Part shown: piece after piece, positions 13,726 to 25,900 of the stretch
Numbering within the stretch: position 1 is the first letter of the stretch
Layout of the letters: every line of letters starts with the position of its first letter
Notes under the pieces: generated by a model
Database searches by the model: none
Told to the model about the DNA's origin: nothing
Seen by the model: only the letters and a program-made list of their open reading frames with translations
Position numbers and translations under genes: made by a program
Source of the DNA: Trichosphaerium sp. ATCC 40318
Taxonomy: Eukaryota > Protista > Tubulinea
Length of the DNA stretch: 64,000 nucleotides
Assembly (NCBI GenBank): GCA_038496445.1
Contig: JALMLS010000637.1
Span: 124,001 to 188,000, forward strand
Reading direction: 5' to 3'

Positions 13726-15152
13726 ATGTTCTACATATTATGGTCTCTAGCTCTTGTATTAATACACACGGGCTGTACTGAAGGTCAACCAGAATATCGA
13801 ACTGCCTTTTTCCAAGACGCATTTAACCACTGCGCACAAACGCACGTGATATTTTTTTTCTCTCACTTGCGCCGCTAAATTATTTACTAGTAACCAAAAT
13901 CTACCAGAAATACTCTCCGAATCTGACTACAACATGTTCAAGGGTATGACGGATGGTATGGCAACAAATAATCTTTGGCTTAATGCGCGTCGTGATTCCA
14001 GTTCAAACTTTATGTCAAGAGCTTGTGAAAGTTGTAGTGGCTCTGGTGACTGCGACGTTTGTAAGGATGCTCTATCATCATTTAGATGGCAAGAAAGCAG
14101 GACAACTTTTTTTGAAACTGGCCTGTTTATTGATGCTCAAAATGACACGCAAATATTGGTGAACAAGTTTTTTAATGGTGTTGAACCTAGTTTTGTTGCA
14201 AATGCCAACCAAGAAAGGTGTCTTATAATGCGTTTAAATGGTACCGAATTACATATGGCCTCCGTACTTATACGTGGTAGGCTTAAATGACGTCGTTTGC
14301 GATGGTAGAGTTACGTTTGTGGCCAAATGTGTTGACCCACCTCCTCAACCCACGATTCGTCCAGTTTCACCCACAGCTTCTCCAACAGTAGTGACCCTCC
14401 CTCCTCAACCTACGATTAATCCAGTTACACCCACAAGTCCTCCAACACTAGTGATGCCAAGCTTAGCACCAATGTGTAGCGACTGCTCTATTCCGACAAC
14501 GCCGTCAAGTGACACAGTATACATTGCAGGCACTTTTTCTGTTGTAGGCGTTTACACAGCACCTGGTAGTACAACTTTTTGATCCTTCTGAATTAAACGC
14601 CTTTGTAGGAGATGTTGTTTTTTCGGAGGATACAGTAATAATGGTTGAATCAAACTCTTCAATATCTATTGGAGGATGTCCTACGTTCAATGAGAATGTA
14701 GTTGTTGATACAAGTGGTGTACAAGTAAGTTTGTTTTTTTTGGGTTTTGTGTGCTATACTAATTTATTGTTCAAGCAAACTGACTCGTTGACGTTGATTA
14801 CCTTCAGAGATGACTGTGTGATCGACAAACAAAACATCACTCTCTCGGACCCGACAAACTCTTGCTTTCTACAAAGTACACCATATCAGTAATTTCATAA
14901 TTTAATTCCATACAATTAGATACACGTGGACAGTTAGTTATTTTATTCTCTTCAGCTTGTTCACCTCAATCAAATAGTTCTGATTTTCCCATTATACCTG
15001 TAGTGATCGCCACTGTACTAGTTTTTCTACTTGTAGTTTTGATATTGGCATTGACATTGATCATTCCATCATGGCGTAATTGTATTTATCCCTACAGTAG
15101 GGCAACAAGAAAAAAAAAATTAGCCAACGTGCAAACAGAGATCGAATTATAA
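13726..15152 (+). CDS. Type I membrane protein: signal peptide, C-type lectin-like domain, Pro/Thr stalk, beta-rich domain, TM helix, short basic tail
   Basis: FQDAFNHC..NLPEILS...LWLNA...FRW...EPS...ERCLIMRLNG|LNDVVCDGRVTFVAKC matches the C-type lectin domain pattern; TM IIPVVIATVLVFLLVVLILALTLII. Confidence 0.75.
14338..14457 (+). repeat. Two copies of a 60-bp (20-aa) Pro/Thr coding tandem repeat
   Basis: CCTCCTCAACCCACGATT at 14340 and CCTCCTCAACCTACGATT at 14400; PPQPTIRPVSPTASPTVVTL / PPQPTINPVTPTSPPTLVMP. Confidence 0.85.
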
Positions 15153-15179
15153 AGAATGTTATCCAATACATGTATACAT

Positions 15180-16380
15180 TAACTTGTCTCAGGAAATTTT
15201 TTCTCCAGTTCCTTTGCAAAGATCATTCACTATCGTTTGTGGACTGTCAGGTTTCTCGGTTCTCAAAGCTGTTACCCCAAATTTCCAAGGATTAGAATAA
15301 CAATTATTATTTTGTGAATTTCGTCGCTACAACATGCACGTGTGTAACTTGCTGGCGGTAAATTATTTTTATTGAGATAGTTTCCATTCACATAAGTAGT
15401 TTTAGTCTATAACAAGGTTTCACAAAGTGGTTGTTGTAAGTAGCGTGTAAAAGAAAACCTTTTTGCTCGATCTTTTAAGGTGTTTAATACTGAGTTTGTT
15501 AAGAGTTAGTACAGATGTATACACCCTCAAAGGGCAGCAAGTGCCTTTTTATATTTTCTCATCTCTTGGTCATGATATGGAGCATGATAATAGCCATTTG
15601 TTCAGGCTCAAAGACTGATTTCAATTCGTCCATGATTACCTTACGATATTTCTTCATATCCTTCATAGCTGGACCTTTTCCAGGATTTCTTCATTCTCAA
15701 CTGCTTCTATGAGCGCATTCATCGCAGGAGCGAACAGTGCACGGGCTTGTGTTCGCTTTTCAGCAACAAACTAAGGAAACTGTAAGACTGACGCTGCAGG
15801 GAAAGGAAAAACAGTTTAACCTGCAAGAATTTGGCTTTCTTCGTTTGCTTATCTGTTAGCGTAATTTCGATTTAATGGCTTCAATAGCCTTCAATAGCAT
15901 CGGATACTAGCATGCTTTTTATCACGTATTTGCTCGCCAATGTAAATGGTAAGGGTTGCCTGTACGCAACATGTGGTAGTAAAACGTACTATGTTAAACA
16001 AGATAGACACGGACACGTTGTTTGACAGTGAGAATACCTCTAATGGTATCCACTACCTCTGAAGCCTAATGATTGAATTGAGTTAAGCATGGTACATTTT
16101 AGTGATATTAACTTACTTCTCTGAACTTGTCCATCTACTTTCCTCTTTAGCAATTTTACCTTGTGCCCATTTCTTTGCACCAGCAATAGTTTAACCCCTA
16201 AAGAAATAAACGGCGTTAGTAAATGCAAGTGGATATGGTGGTATGGTTTACAAGCGTCGTGACAACTTCTGGCATACGTTTTTCAGCGTCTGCAAGAGCA
16301 TCTTTTGTTACGGTATTGATATGAGTTTTTGATCATCAGTGACTTCGGCTTTGTCCGCTGCGTTTCTGAGAGATGCAAGG
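15180..16380 (-). pseudogene. Decayed multi-exon gene of unknown family
   Basis: Protein-like exon stretches (KDALADAEKRMPEVVTTL; GPAMKDMKKYRKVIMDELKSVFEPEQMAIIMLHIM) broken by in-frame stops and frameshifts. Confidence 0.45.
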
Positions 16381-16700
16381 ATATATCAATTTTTTGTTAT
16401 TATTATTGTTGTTGAGTTGTTGTTCTAGGGATTGATGTTATTGCACTCAGTTACTGTTTTTATCAAAAGTAATATGTGCATACAAACTGTTTTCCCGTTA
16501 TTTATCCGCTCGAATACGCACTCGTAAACACAATAACACTGTGGGCAGAAAAAGAAAGCAAATTGAACATTTGTAGTTTGATTGGAAATTTGATGCAATT
16601 TGCTTACAGCGAATTAAAAATGTTGCGAGTTTTCTCTTTTAAGTTGTAAAGCACTAAGAAGTAGGCAACTTGGGCTAAAAAACTCGCATACGCCGGTTTT

Positions 16701-18681
16701 ATGTCAAATAAACGCAAATGTCAAGATTTAGACGCAAATGAGACGAAAAAACAAAAAATTAGACACGAGAATACTTGTGCGTCCGCAAAATAACGTTACT
16801 ATACGCCATCTAACGTTTATCGTAAGTCTACAACTACGTAAACAGCGATTTGGCACCTAGCGTTGTTAAAAAGCAACTTGAATGTTTTAAAACACTTGGA
16901 GGTGACACTGCAATACGTGTACAACTATTATATTGCGCTAAAAAGTAAACTAACGACATTATGAAGAAATGGACGCAACACAACAAAGCACAGCTATATT
17001 TACATCCACCGCACCCTACGAATACTCAACGGGACATTATTTCTCTCTTACCGCCTGAAATCGCTTTTCTTATTCTACAATACACATTCGCGCTTGGCGA
17101 TACATGGAATGAGAACCATAGTGCAACTAATATCTCAATTGCGCTGGAAGGTAACGTAAATTTTTCGGTTTTTTCAAAAACGGCAAAAAAAAGACGAAAA
17201 TAGAAAGTGTTTTTTTCTGACCTCATTCTTCTTTTGCGTTGGTTCCATGTGTGATGCTGCGTACTTATTTTGAAAATCTAGTGAGTAAGAAATGGCATAG
17301 GCTATGTTGTCTTTCACTATCATACAGCAGAGTGACATTACTGAGTACAACGGAGAGTTACTTTGAAAATGTTGTGATGAAATGTCAAAATCTTGTTCAT
17401 GTCAAGATAGACAGCTCAGGCTTTTCTACGCTTAAATTAGAACAACTAACTAACCTGCCAAAGCTTAAATTATTATCATTAAGAGAGTATCCTATAGAGG
17501 GACTAGAATGGGAGAACATGCTTCTTGGGTTGAGCGTTGTTCTTCCTTTTGAAGTTGAATCAGATTATTATGTTGATATAACTGGAAAGACAATTCATGA
17601 CTACCTAGAGTATGTACCAAAGCTTAAAAGTTGTAGTGTTAATCTTAGCAATGACAACTGGGATTTTATAAGGCACCTACCAAAATTTGAAAACATGACA
17701 ACAATTGTATTCTCGACAAATGATAACTTAAGTAATGATGCCTTAATTCAAACATCAGATATTATTTCTAATTTTAAGAATGATATCGTACTTACTACTG
17801 ACGGTAACTTTGTATCAAGATGGTATAATCATAATATTACACTACCTAATGTATCTGAAATACATAGTCTATTATTACGTAATGAGAATGACTGGAGACA
17901 GATGACATCAGTTTTTGTAAACTTGAAAAAAATAGTAATTGATTGTGCTTTGGAGTTCCAACCTGAAGATCTTTCTTGCTTAAGTAATCTAACAAACTTA
18001 ACAGATCTTTCCTTTGATAACACTGTATCACTTCGACCTTACTATTTCTGGCATATTATTGAACGTTCAGGTGTACTTGGTAATATTAAAACGTTGTATG
18101 TAGATCAAGGTGTGTTTCAGCTTCAGGATCATGGTTTAAGGTTCGCATATTCCTTGAAAAAAATGAAAAAGTTGGAAGATCTTACTATTGTTGGATCATC
18201 CTCTCTTGTACAGTATAGAAGTACGTTTCATATTATCTAATATTACTCTAAGCATATTTATTTAGATTCTTTTTTTGAACAGGTGACAGAGCTCACAGCA
18301 CTTACAAGCCTTGATATTCGGAGTTCAATGTATTACACTTACTACCCGAATAATGCACTTAATTTATTGCTCCTGACAAACCTCACATCGCTTAAAATTG
18401 ATAATATGGTTGGCATAGATCTACTTGAGTATAGTTCACTACCTCAGCTTGTAAAACTACATGTTCAAGCTTGTAGTTTCGATAATCAACAACATTTTAT
18501 GGATGTGTTACTTAATCTTACCCAAGTACAAATGCTTACGCTTTGGAATCCACATGGGTTACCAGATACAATAACATTTCGTGATAACAGTGAAATGGGT
18601 AGTCATGATTTATCAATGATTGGACGGGCACTTGGAATTGAAGTCAGATTTGAAACAAAACTTAGAAGGCGGTATTATTAG
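16701..18681 (+). CDS. F-box / leucine-rich-repeat protein
   Basis: RDIISLLPPEIAFLILQY...VSKKWHRLC F-box; LxxLxxLxL repeats (LTNLPKLKLLSL, LSNLTNLTDLSF, LTALTSLDI); two upstream exons from ATG 16701 join in frame. Confidence 0.85.
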
Positions 18682-19102
18682 TTATGTTTTTTTTTTGGTG
18701 TAAAACTGAGATAGGTTAATAAATAACAGAATCTTGGCCATAAATATGTCAACCAATGAGCCAAATGCCTTCAACCACAAGCAGTTCGAACGCTAATCTG
18801 GAACCACCTTTGGTTCGTCGTACTCAATTAAAACAGTCTAACTCGCAAGTCCAGGTTCAAGTTTTTATTTTTGAACATTTTGTCACGTGATGAAAACCAG
18901 AGCACATGACGTGATTAGAGGTTACTTTTTCCGGGTACAAACCGGTTTCAGGTAGAGGATAAGAAAACTGACGTCAATCCTCAGTTAATACTATTCCACC
19001 ATTCTACAAAGTAACATTGTGGAACAAGTTGTAACAATAGTCTGCGCAATGTATGTAAGTGCAGGAGTAGGAGAGCTTGAACGGAGAAGTAATTACATTT
19101 GT

Positions 19103-19375
19103 TTATTGACACAGATAGTGTATAACACTATCAGAGTCTTTACTTTTAACGTATAGTTGAATACGACGAAAGTGATGGTCTTGGTCTACTGGTTCGCCAA
19201 AAACCCACACATCTACTCTGATATCATCCCCATACGCGTCTTTAATACGTTTTGTGGCTTCTGGTGTTGTTAAACCTGCATATCGTGGCTTGTCGTGCGC
19301 AACTTGGTTTGAAAAAGCTGTAAGCGGGTCAGAGGTATCAGGTTCCGTCGCAGTTGTTGAGGCAAATGAGCCCAT
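19103..19375 (-). CDS. Potato inhibitor I (I13)-like serine protease inhibitor, intronless
   Basis: YAGLTTPEATKRIKDAYGDDIRVDVWVFGEPVDQDHHFRRIQLYV fits the chymotrypsin inhibitor 2 (CI2)/eglin pattern G...EAK..I.......V...G..V..D....RV.L.V. Confidence 0.7.
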   Translation of the reverse strand: MGSFASTTATEPDTSDPLTAFSNQVAHDKPRYAGLTTPEATKRIKDAYGDDIRVDVWVFGEPVDQDHHFRRIQLYVKSKDSDSVIHYLCQ

Positions 19376-19838
19376 AGTGTGTGGGCAGCTGTATGCTGTT
19401 TGTAAATAGTGCTAAAAAAAGAGTTGTGTTCAAGTTCGGACTTTGCTTCACAGAATGTAATTAAGCGAAATTACTGCCACAATGTCAGCCAATGTTTTTT
19501 GCTATGAACGGAAACTCCTTTGGAGAATCAACTGTGAGGAATAAATGTCCATATAGTCACAAGTACCAGCTGTTCTATAACTATTACCTCATGGCGTACT
19601 CACTCGAATGGGATAGCTTTCAGAACGTAGCGGGTATAGCCCAACAAAGTGTATCACTTTGTAGTGTAGCAATCATTGTTATACTCAAAAAGGTGTATGC
19701 GTCACACATGTGCTTCTTCATGAAAAAAAACCTCTCACGTGACTTTATAAGACCAATCACGGTTAGTGCGTAACGTAAATTAACAGCACGTCTACAATTT
19801 AATACCATAAAAAGGATTAAAAAGCAGATTACACCAAA

Positions 19839-21467
19839 ATGGGTAATGTTTACCTATTGTAGGTGGTTAATGGTGTTGTTTAGACAAAGATGGTTTTCGT
19901 ACGGGCGTAGAGAGCGTTAAGGATTTGCCAGAAAAGCTACCAGCGCAAAATGTTCTGAACACAGTACCTGTAGAAGTTGTTGTCCATATTCTCCATTTTG
20001 TGTCGTATCAAGACCTGTGTGTATTGGCATCCACCAGCAAAGATTTATACGATCTAAGGTAAATACAGAAGTCAAATGAACTAAACTAATTTTTTGTTTG
20101 ATTAAAGTTGTGATGAGAGTTTATGGAAAAGTGCCATGTCACAGCACTTTGGAGGTCTAATGGAATTAGGTAATCATACCTATAGTATACATGATTATCG
20201 AGATTATTAATTTGGTTTCCGAAAGGTTTCCTTGAAAAAGAGTATTCAAGGTGGATTGAGAACCCAAAAAAAGAAAAAGCAAAACATTTTTGGAAGACTA
20301 AACTTGAACGCTATAAAAACGCGACAGAAGGTTTCAAGTAAGCATTTACTCTTGTAAAATACCTTGACATCGTATATCATTATCGTAAGAAATTTTCCGC
20401 TTATCACGTGGTAGTTACGTACCAGAATTTAATCCGAAAATATTGAAGTCAGCTCTCAAAGAACAGAGTAAAAGTTTACAACCATTCTGTATTGTGGTAT
20501 GGGGTAGGGATGGTTCTGGTATGTAGTAAAGTAATCTTGTAATATATCTTTACATAACAATTAGGAAAGACTTCATGTTCGATAAGGTTTATTATAAACC
20601 AATACTTTATACAGTATACTACTTATCGTTTTTTATTTGGTCACTCTGTATTAGGTGTGATCCAAATAATGAAGATTCATATCGAAAGATGACCAGTATT
20701 GATGGAATGCCTATTTTATTAGAAATATGGGACACAGCTCAAGGTATTTGTTGCGTTTTTAAAATTAGTTTATGAAGTGTTTTCAGCAATATTTACAACA
20801 AATTCAATAGATTCAGTGTATGCAAGTTATCGACCTAAATCTATGTTTGACGAATCAGTACTTCTCTTTCTGTCTAATTGGCATAATTAATTTGAAAAAT
20901 AGACTATGAATATCATTGTGTACTCTGTTACATCACGTGAATCATTCGAAAATGTAAGAAAAATAATTACTTACATTAAACTTAACAGGGTACAATTTTA
21001 TTCAACAATCAAACAAACTAATCAAAGTACTTTTCAGAATACAAACGATAACATTCCACTACTCATAATTGGGTATGTACCATTTTATAGTTTATGGTGG
21101 TCAAGTTCTTTGAAACAGTGTTCATGTAACTCTTCTTTTCTGCTTCAACTCATTGATTACTCGTTATTCTTTAACTAAGTGTGGTGTATAGAAACAAGAT
21201 CGATTTATTGAACTGTAGAGAAGTATCTATTGAAGAAGGAGTGACTTTAGCAAAGGAACTTGGTGGATCATTCTGTGAGACTAGGTAATTATGTTTCCAC
21301 AAACGTTTTACAAGATTCTAATAGTACAACTTAGTGCTAAAATGTCAACAAACGTTGCCAATGCTTTTAAACTAGCCACAAAGATTGGTTTGTATTCGGA
21401 ATATGTGAGAAACGAATCTACCAAGGAAGGTAACGAACATCAAAAACGAAGGTGTAGTTGTATGTAA
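19839..21467 (+). CDS. F-box + Ras-family small GTPase-like fusion with CAAX tail
   Basis: LNTVPVEVVVHILHFVSYQDLCVLASTSKDLYDLSCDESLWK (F-box); GRDGSGKTS, CDPNNEDSYRK, LEIWDTAQ, NKIDL, ETSAK; ends RRCSCM*. Confidence 0.8.
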
Positions 21468-22933
21468 CAAGTTGTATGTAACTATTCATCATAAGCATTT
21501 TTTACATGTTATAAGAAAAGAAAGTTCGCAACTGTCACAGTTTGGTTCTCGCACAGCATGCTGCTGCAAATTACCAATATTTTAACAGTACAATTATTAC
21601 GCCTTGCTACAGGTTACAACCCATAACTTCCAGGCCTCTTTGTTACAAGAAAATGTCGAAGTGTAGTTTTGTTCAACTCCGTTCTGCTGTATATATTTAT
21701 TTGTATATGATTGTGACAATCGTCTTACACAACGTTCTCTATCAAATGCTGGGGAGGTGGATTGAAATGGAATGCAGATAAATCTTAGCTTAGTAGAGCG
21801 TCTATAGCCAAGGTAGCTCTGGTATCAGTAGCTACATCAATTGAGATAAAACTTCCATCTGCGCTGCACAAGAAGCAATTTAAAGTGCTTGCTGATACTC
21901 AATAATTTCATTATCTGATACTGCCGTAATACCTGTTTCCGTAATACCTACGGAAAATACTAAGAAGTAAACAGTATTTGATAAATGACAACGTCAACGG
22001 GTTACATACCATATAAAATTGATTTGGTGAGGAAAAAAGATTCTCATAATTTTCTTACTTTTTAATTGTCTTGTAGTTGCGCCAGTTGTAGAATTTAGTA
22101 CACTTAAAGGTTCAACTCAACGCGACCTTTTTTGTTTGAAATCGGTTCTGAGTTGACTCGCCCAAAAAACAACACTGAACAAATCAAAGAATGGTTTTTT
22201 TTTTAGTTGTGCTGTAAACAGCGTCCATGAGTGGCCAAACATCAGATTGTGTTGCATGAACTCTCCTAGCCATCAATACTAAGTTTTTGCATAAAAAATA
22301 AAAGAAAATTGGTTTGAGAGAATTTTTGCTTTCACTTTTTTACCTGTACGCCTACCAGACCACGTCATGGAACACAATTATCTAAAACCTTGTTTGGTTA
22401 CTGTATAAAATAGCATCCTTGGGCTTTAACTTTATCTACCTCTTCCTACGTTATTAAGTCTTCCCAGAAATTAAAATGTTCCGATACAAATGACAACATA
22501 ACAAACACGCACTTATTCTTATCCTTTTTGCATAACAATCACGCTTGTTTACTTATGCGTCATTCTTTATCATTTCTTGGTTCAACGCGAATAGAATTTT
22601 ATTTGAATTACCCGATAGCGGCTTCACTAGTGGAACATAGACAATATACAAGTATTGTTATCACTAGCCAAACCAACACGAACGTCTTTTCTCATCCAAT
22701 ACTAAATCTACCAATGGCTACTTATGTAGCTGCACGGCAGACGATTAACAGTAAATAAGAGTAAATAATTACTTAAAAATCCTGCGTTCCCTTTGGTTAA
22801 CAGAAGCGATTTTTTTTCGCTAATTTGCTCTTCATGTGAACAATTTTGGGGAAATCAATACGCACGTGAGTTCAGGGCAAATTTTGAAGCAACTTAACTT
22901 TATTTATACTTTTAGTAGTGGCAATAGCGCGTC

Positions 22934-25900
22934 ATGTCCGGAATGAAAGTGGGTAAAGAGACACCGACAACAATAGAAGGCAAACACATACCATGGGCCA
23001 AAATTACTAATAAATTTGCTAGGCGAATTGCTCGAGCTCCGAAAATTATACAGCCATATCAACACAGGTGCAGGTCCCTGTCTCTCATCCTTTTCTAAAC
23101 ATTTGCAGTGGAGGAACTTAAAAAAAGTCTAAAAGACCAAAAGACAGCGGATAAAATCATATTGTATTCAGGTTAGCGTCTAACGAACTGTAAGCGACTA
23201 AACAATTTTATCAGCAAAGCAAGGGCTACAAAGCATTGTGACCCTGTGCTTAAGTTCACCAAAAAGCGTAGAAGCTGTGGATGAAGAAGAATACACCCCT
23301 TTACACCTAGCCGGTACATGCGAGAGGTATTGTTGAAACTAAGTCACTTATAAGCACGCAATGGACATACAAAAATAGTTGAAGACTTAATCAAATCACG
23401 TGCAAACGTTGGTGCAAAGGACGAAGTCGGTTTTACTCCTTTACATTGTGCTGGTAGCAAAGATAGTACTCCGGCTCGAACGCTCACTCTCCTTAGCATA
23501 CCATGGGCACATTGAAACAGTAAAGATGTTGATTGAAGCGCAAGCAGTGGTTGACGCAATAGATTCAGATGGAGACACAGCTTTAATTCATGCAGGTAAA
23601 GAGATTCGTTTGGATAGAGTACACAAGCGAGACTTATGCCTTCTTAGCAAGCGAAGGACACATTAAAGTCGCCGAGTTTCTAATCGAAGCAAAAGCTAAC
23701 ATTAACGTTACGTCTAGAAGCCTTTGGACGCCGTTAATACATGCAGGTATTGCCATGGCTTTGTACTTGTTCAAGATACTAAATCTCTATAGCTATCTCT
23801 GGACACGTTACAGTTGTCAAAGCATTAGTAAAAGCAGGTGCAAATATAGCATGTGCAGATAAAGTAGGAGATACAGCTTTCCTTTATGCAGGTTGCCTTT
23901 TTTATTACTACGGTCTAAGCTCAACCTTTGATAGCATCTGAAAACCACAATAAGATTGTTACTATATTGATCAAAGAAGGGGTAGATATTGAACTACGTA
24001 ATAAATACGGGATGACTGCTTTAATCCAAGCAGGTACTTTGCTAGCAATATAATTACCAACACTTATTTACTTTCTGCTTCCCAGCTTTCAATGGAAGTA
24101 ACAAAGTTGTTGCTACATTAATCAAAGAAGGTGCGAACATACAAGCCATAGATTCAGAAGGACGCACTGCTTTAATTCACGCAGGTACTGTATTATTTAC
24201 ATGTCAATATCTGCAACTCATGCTCTTAGCAACTGATGGATTCAGCAAAGTTATCTCAACACTAATAAAAGCAGGCGCCAATATTGAATTTACAAATAAG
24301 GAAGGACAAACGGCAATAACTTGTGCTGGTACATTAACATACATGTACTGCGTATATCTGATATAGAGTGTATAGCTTCCGAGGGACACAAAAGAGCAGT
24401 TTCAACACTAATAGAATTGGGTGCTAACGTAGACGCTACTGATTCAGAAGGACGCACTGCGTTGTTTCATGCAGGTACCTTTAGCTTGTGAGTTTACTTA
24501 ATTAATACTACTAACTCTGATAGCTAATGGTGGGTATGGCAAGGTTGTTGCTTCACTCATTGAATCACGTGCAAACATAGAAATCACAGATAGTAATGGT
24601 AGAACTGCTTTAATACGTGCAGGTAGTTGACACTGTAATTATTCAATATAATTCTTTTTAGCATCTGAAGGACACAGCAAGGTTGTATCAATGCTAATTG
24701 AGGCAGGTGCAAACACAGAAGTGCGAGATAAAGCAGGATGGACAGCTTTAACTTTTGCAGGTACCGTCACTATCAAGATAGCATACTCACTATCGAAGCC
24801 TATCATGGGCGAACTAAAGTAGCTACCACCTTGATAAAATCGGGTTCAAACACTAAAGCTGAAACTGACGATGGATTCACTGCTCTACATTACGCAGGTA
24901 GCAATGGTGGTGCAAATGAAACGGTATAACTTATTTTTAGTTTCACGTGGAAATACTAGAGTAGTTACATTGTTGATTGAATCAGGTGTTAACATTGAAG
25001 CCACAGATAAGCATGGAAGAACTGCTTTAATTTCTGCTGGTTGGTAATTCAAGCAAATCTAATCGGCTAATTCATATTTATTAGCATCAAATGGTCACAG
25101 CAAAGCTGTTTCGACCTTAATCAACTTAAAAGTAAACTTAGAAGCTAAATCATCAGAACAAGGATGTACCGCTTTGCATCTTGCAGGTAGCATAATTGTA
25201 TTATAAACCTATTATGACTTAACTATTAGCACGTGGCGGGCACATAAAAGTTGTTTCACAATTGATCGAGTCAGGAGCTAATATTGAAGCCACAAATAAG
25301 GATGGATGGACACCTCTATTGCACGCAGGTACCTTGGTAGTACTTGATTAAACGACCTGACATATTGCTAGCATCTAATGGATATAATAAAGTAGTTACT
25401 TCGTTAATAAAATCAGGCTCAAACATTGAAGCTGCTGACGAAAATGGAAATACAGCTCTACACATTGCAGGTACCCTTACTTATAATGTAAAAATAATAT
25501 CTAACAGTCTTAGCTAAACATGGTCATAATCGGGTTTTACTCACTTTGTTGAAAGCGACTGGATTCACTCTACAAATCACAAGCAAGCAATGGTCACTTG
25601 CATTTAATGAGATAATAGTTCATGTTGTTGATAATGATTCTTCATTTGTCAATGTATTTGAAACTATTCTCGCACATTTTCCAAATGATGAACAATGTCG
25701 TTCGATGTGGCTATCATGTAGTCGCAAAGAGAAAATGCCACACTGGAGACTCAACCTTGCCAAATGGTTGCAACACTTGGTATGCTACTTTACATCAAAT
25801 TGTTGACTAATCAAAACACAAGCCAACACGTTCATATTTTAAACTCGCGATGCAAAAGGGTATTTGTAATCTCATCTGTACCTTTGATCCAATGGTTGTA

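Noticed and set aside
15180-16380. Alternative genetic code suggested by in-frame stops
   Set aside because: All three stop codons terminate conserved genes elsewhere in the window, and frameshifts co-occur here, so decay is the simpler explanation.
21540-22800. Short ORFs and a minus-strand exon-like remnant
   Set aside because: Interrupted by stops and without a recognisable domain.
23215-25470. Periodicity of about 145 bp resembling a CRISPR-like or satellite array
   Set aside because: Fully explained by 99-nt ankyrin exons plus short introns; there are no identical repeats with unique spacers.
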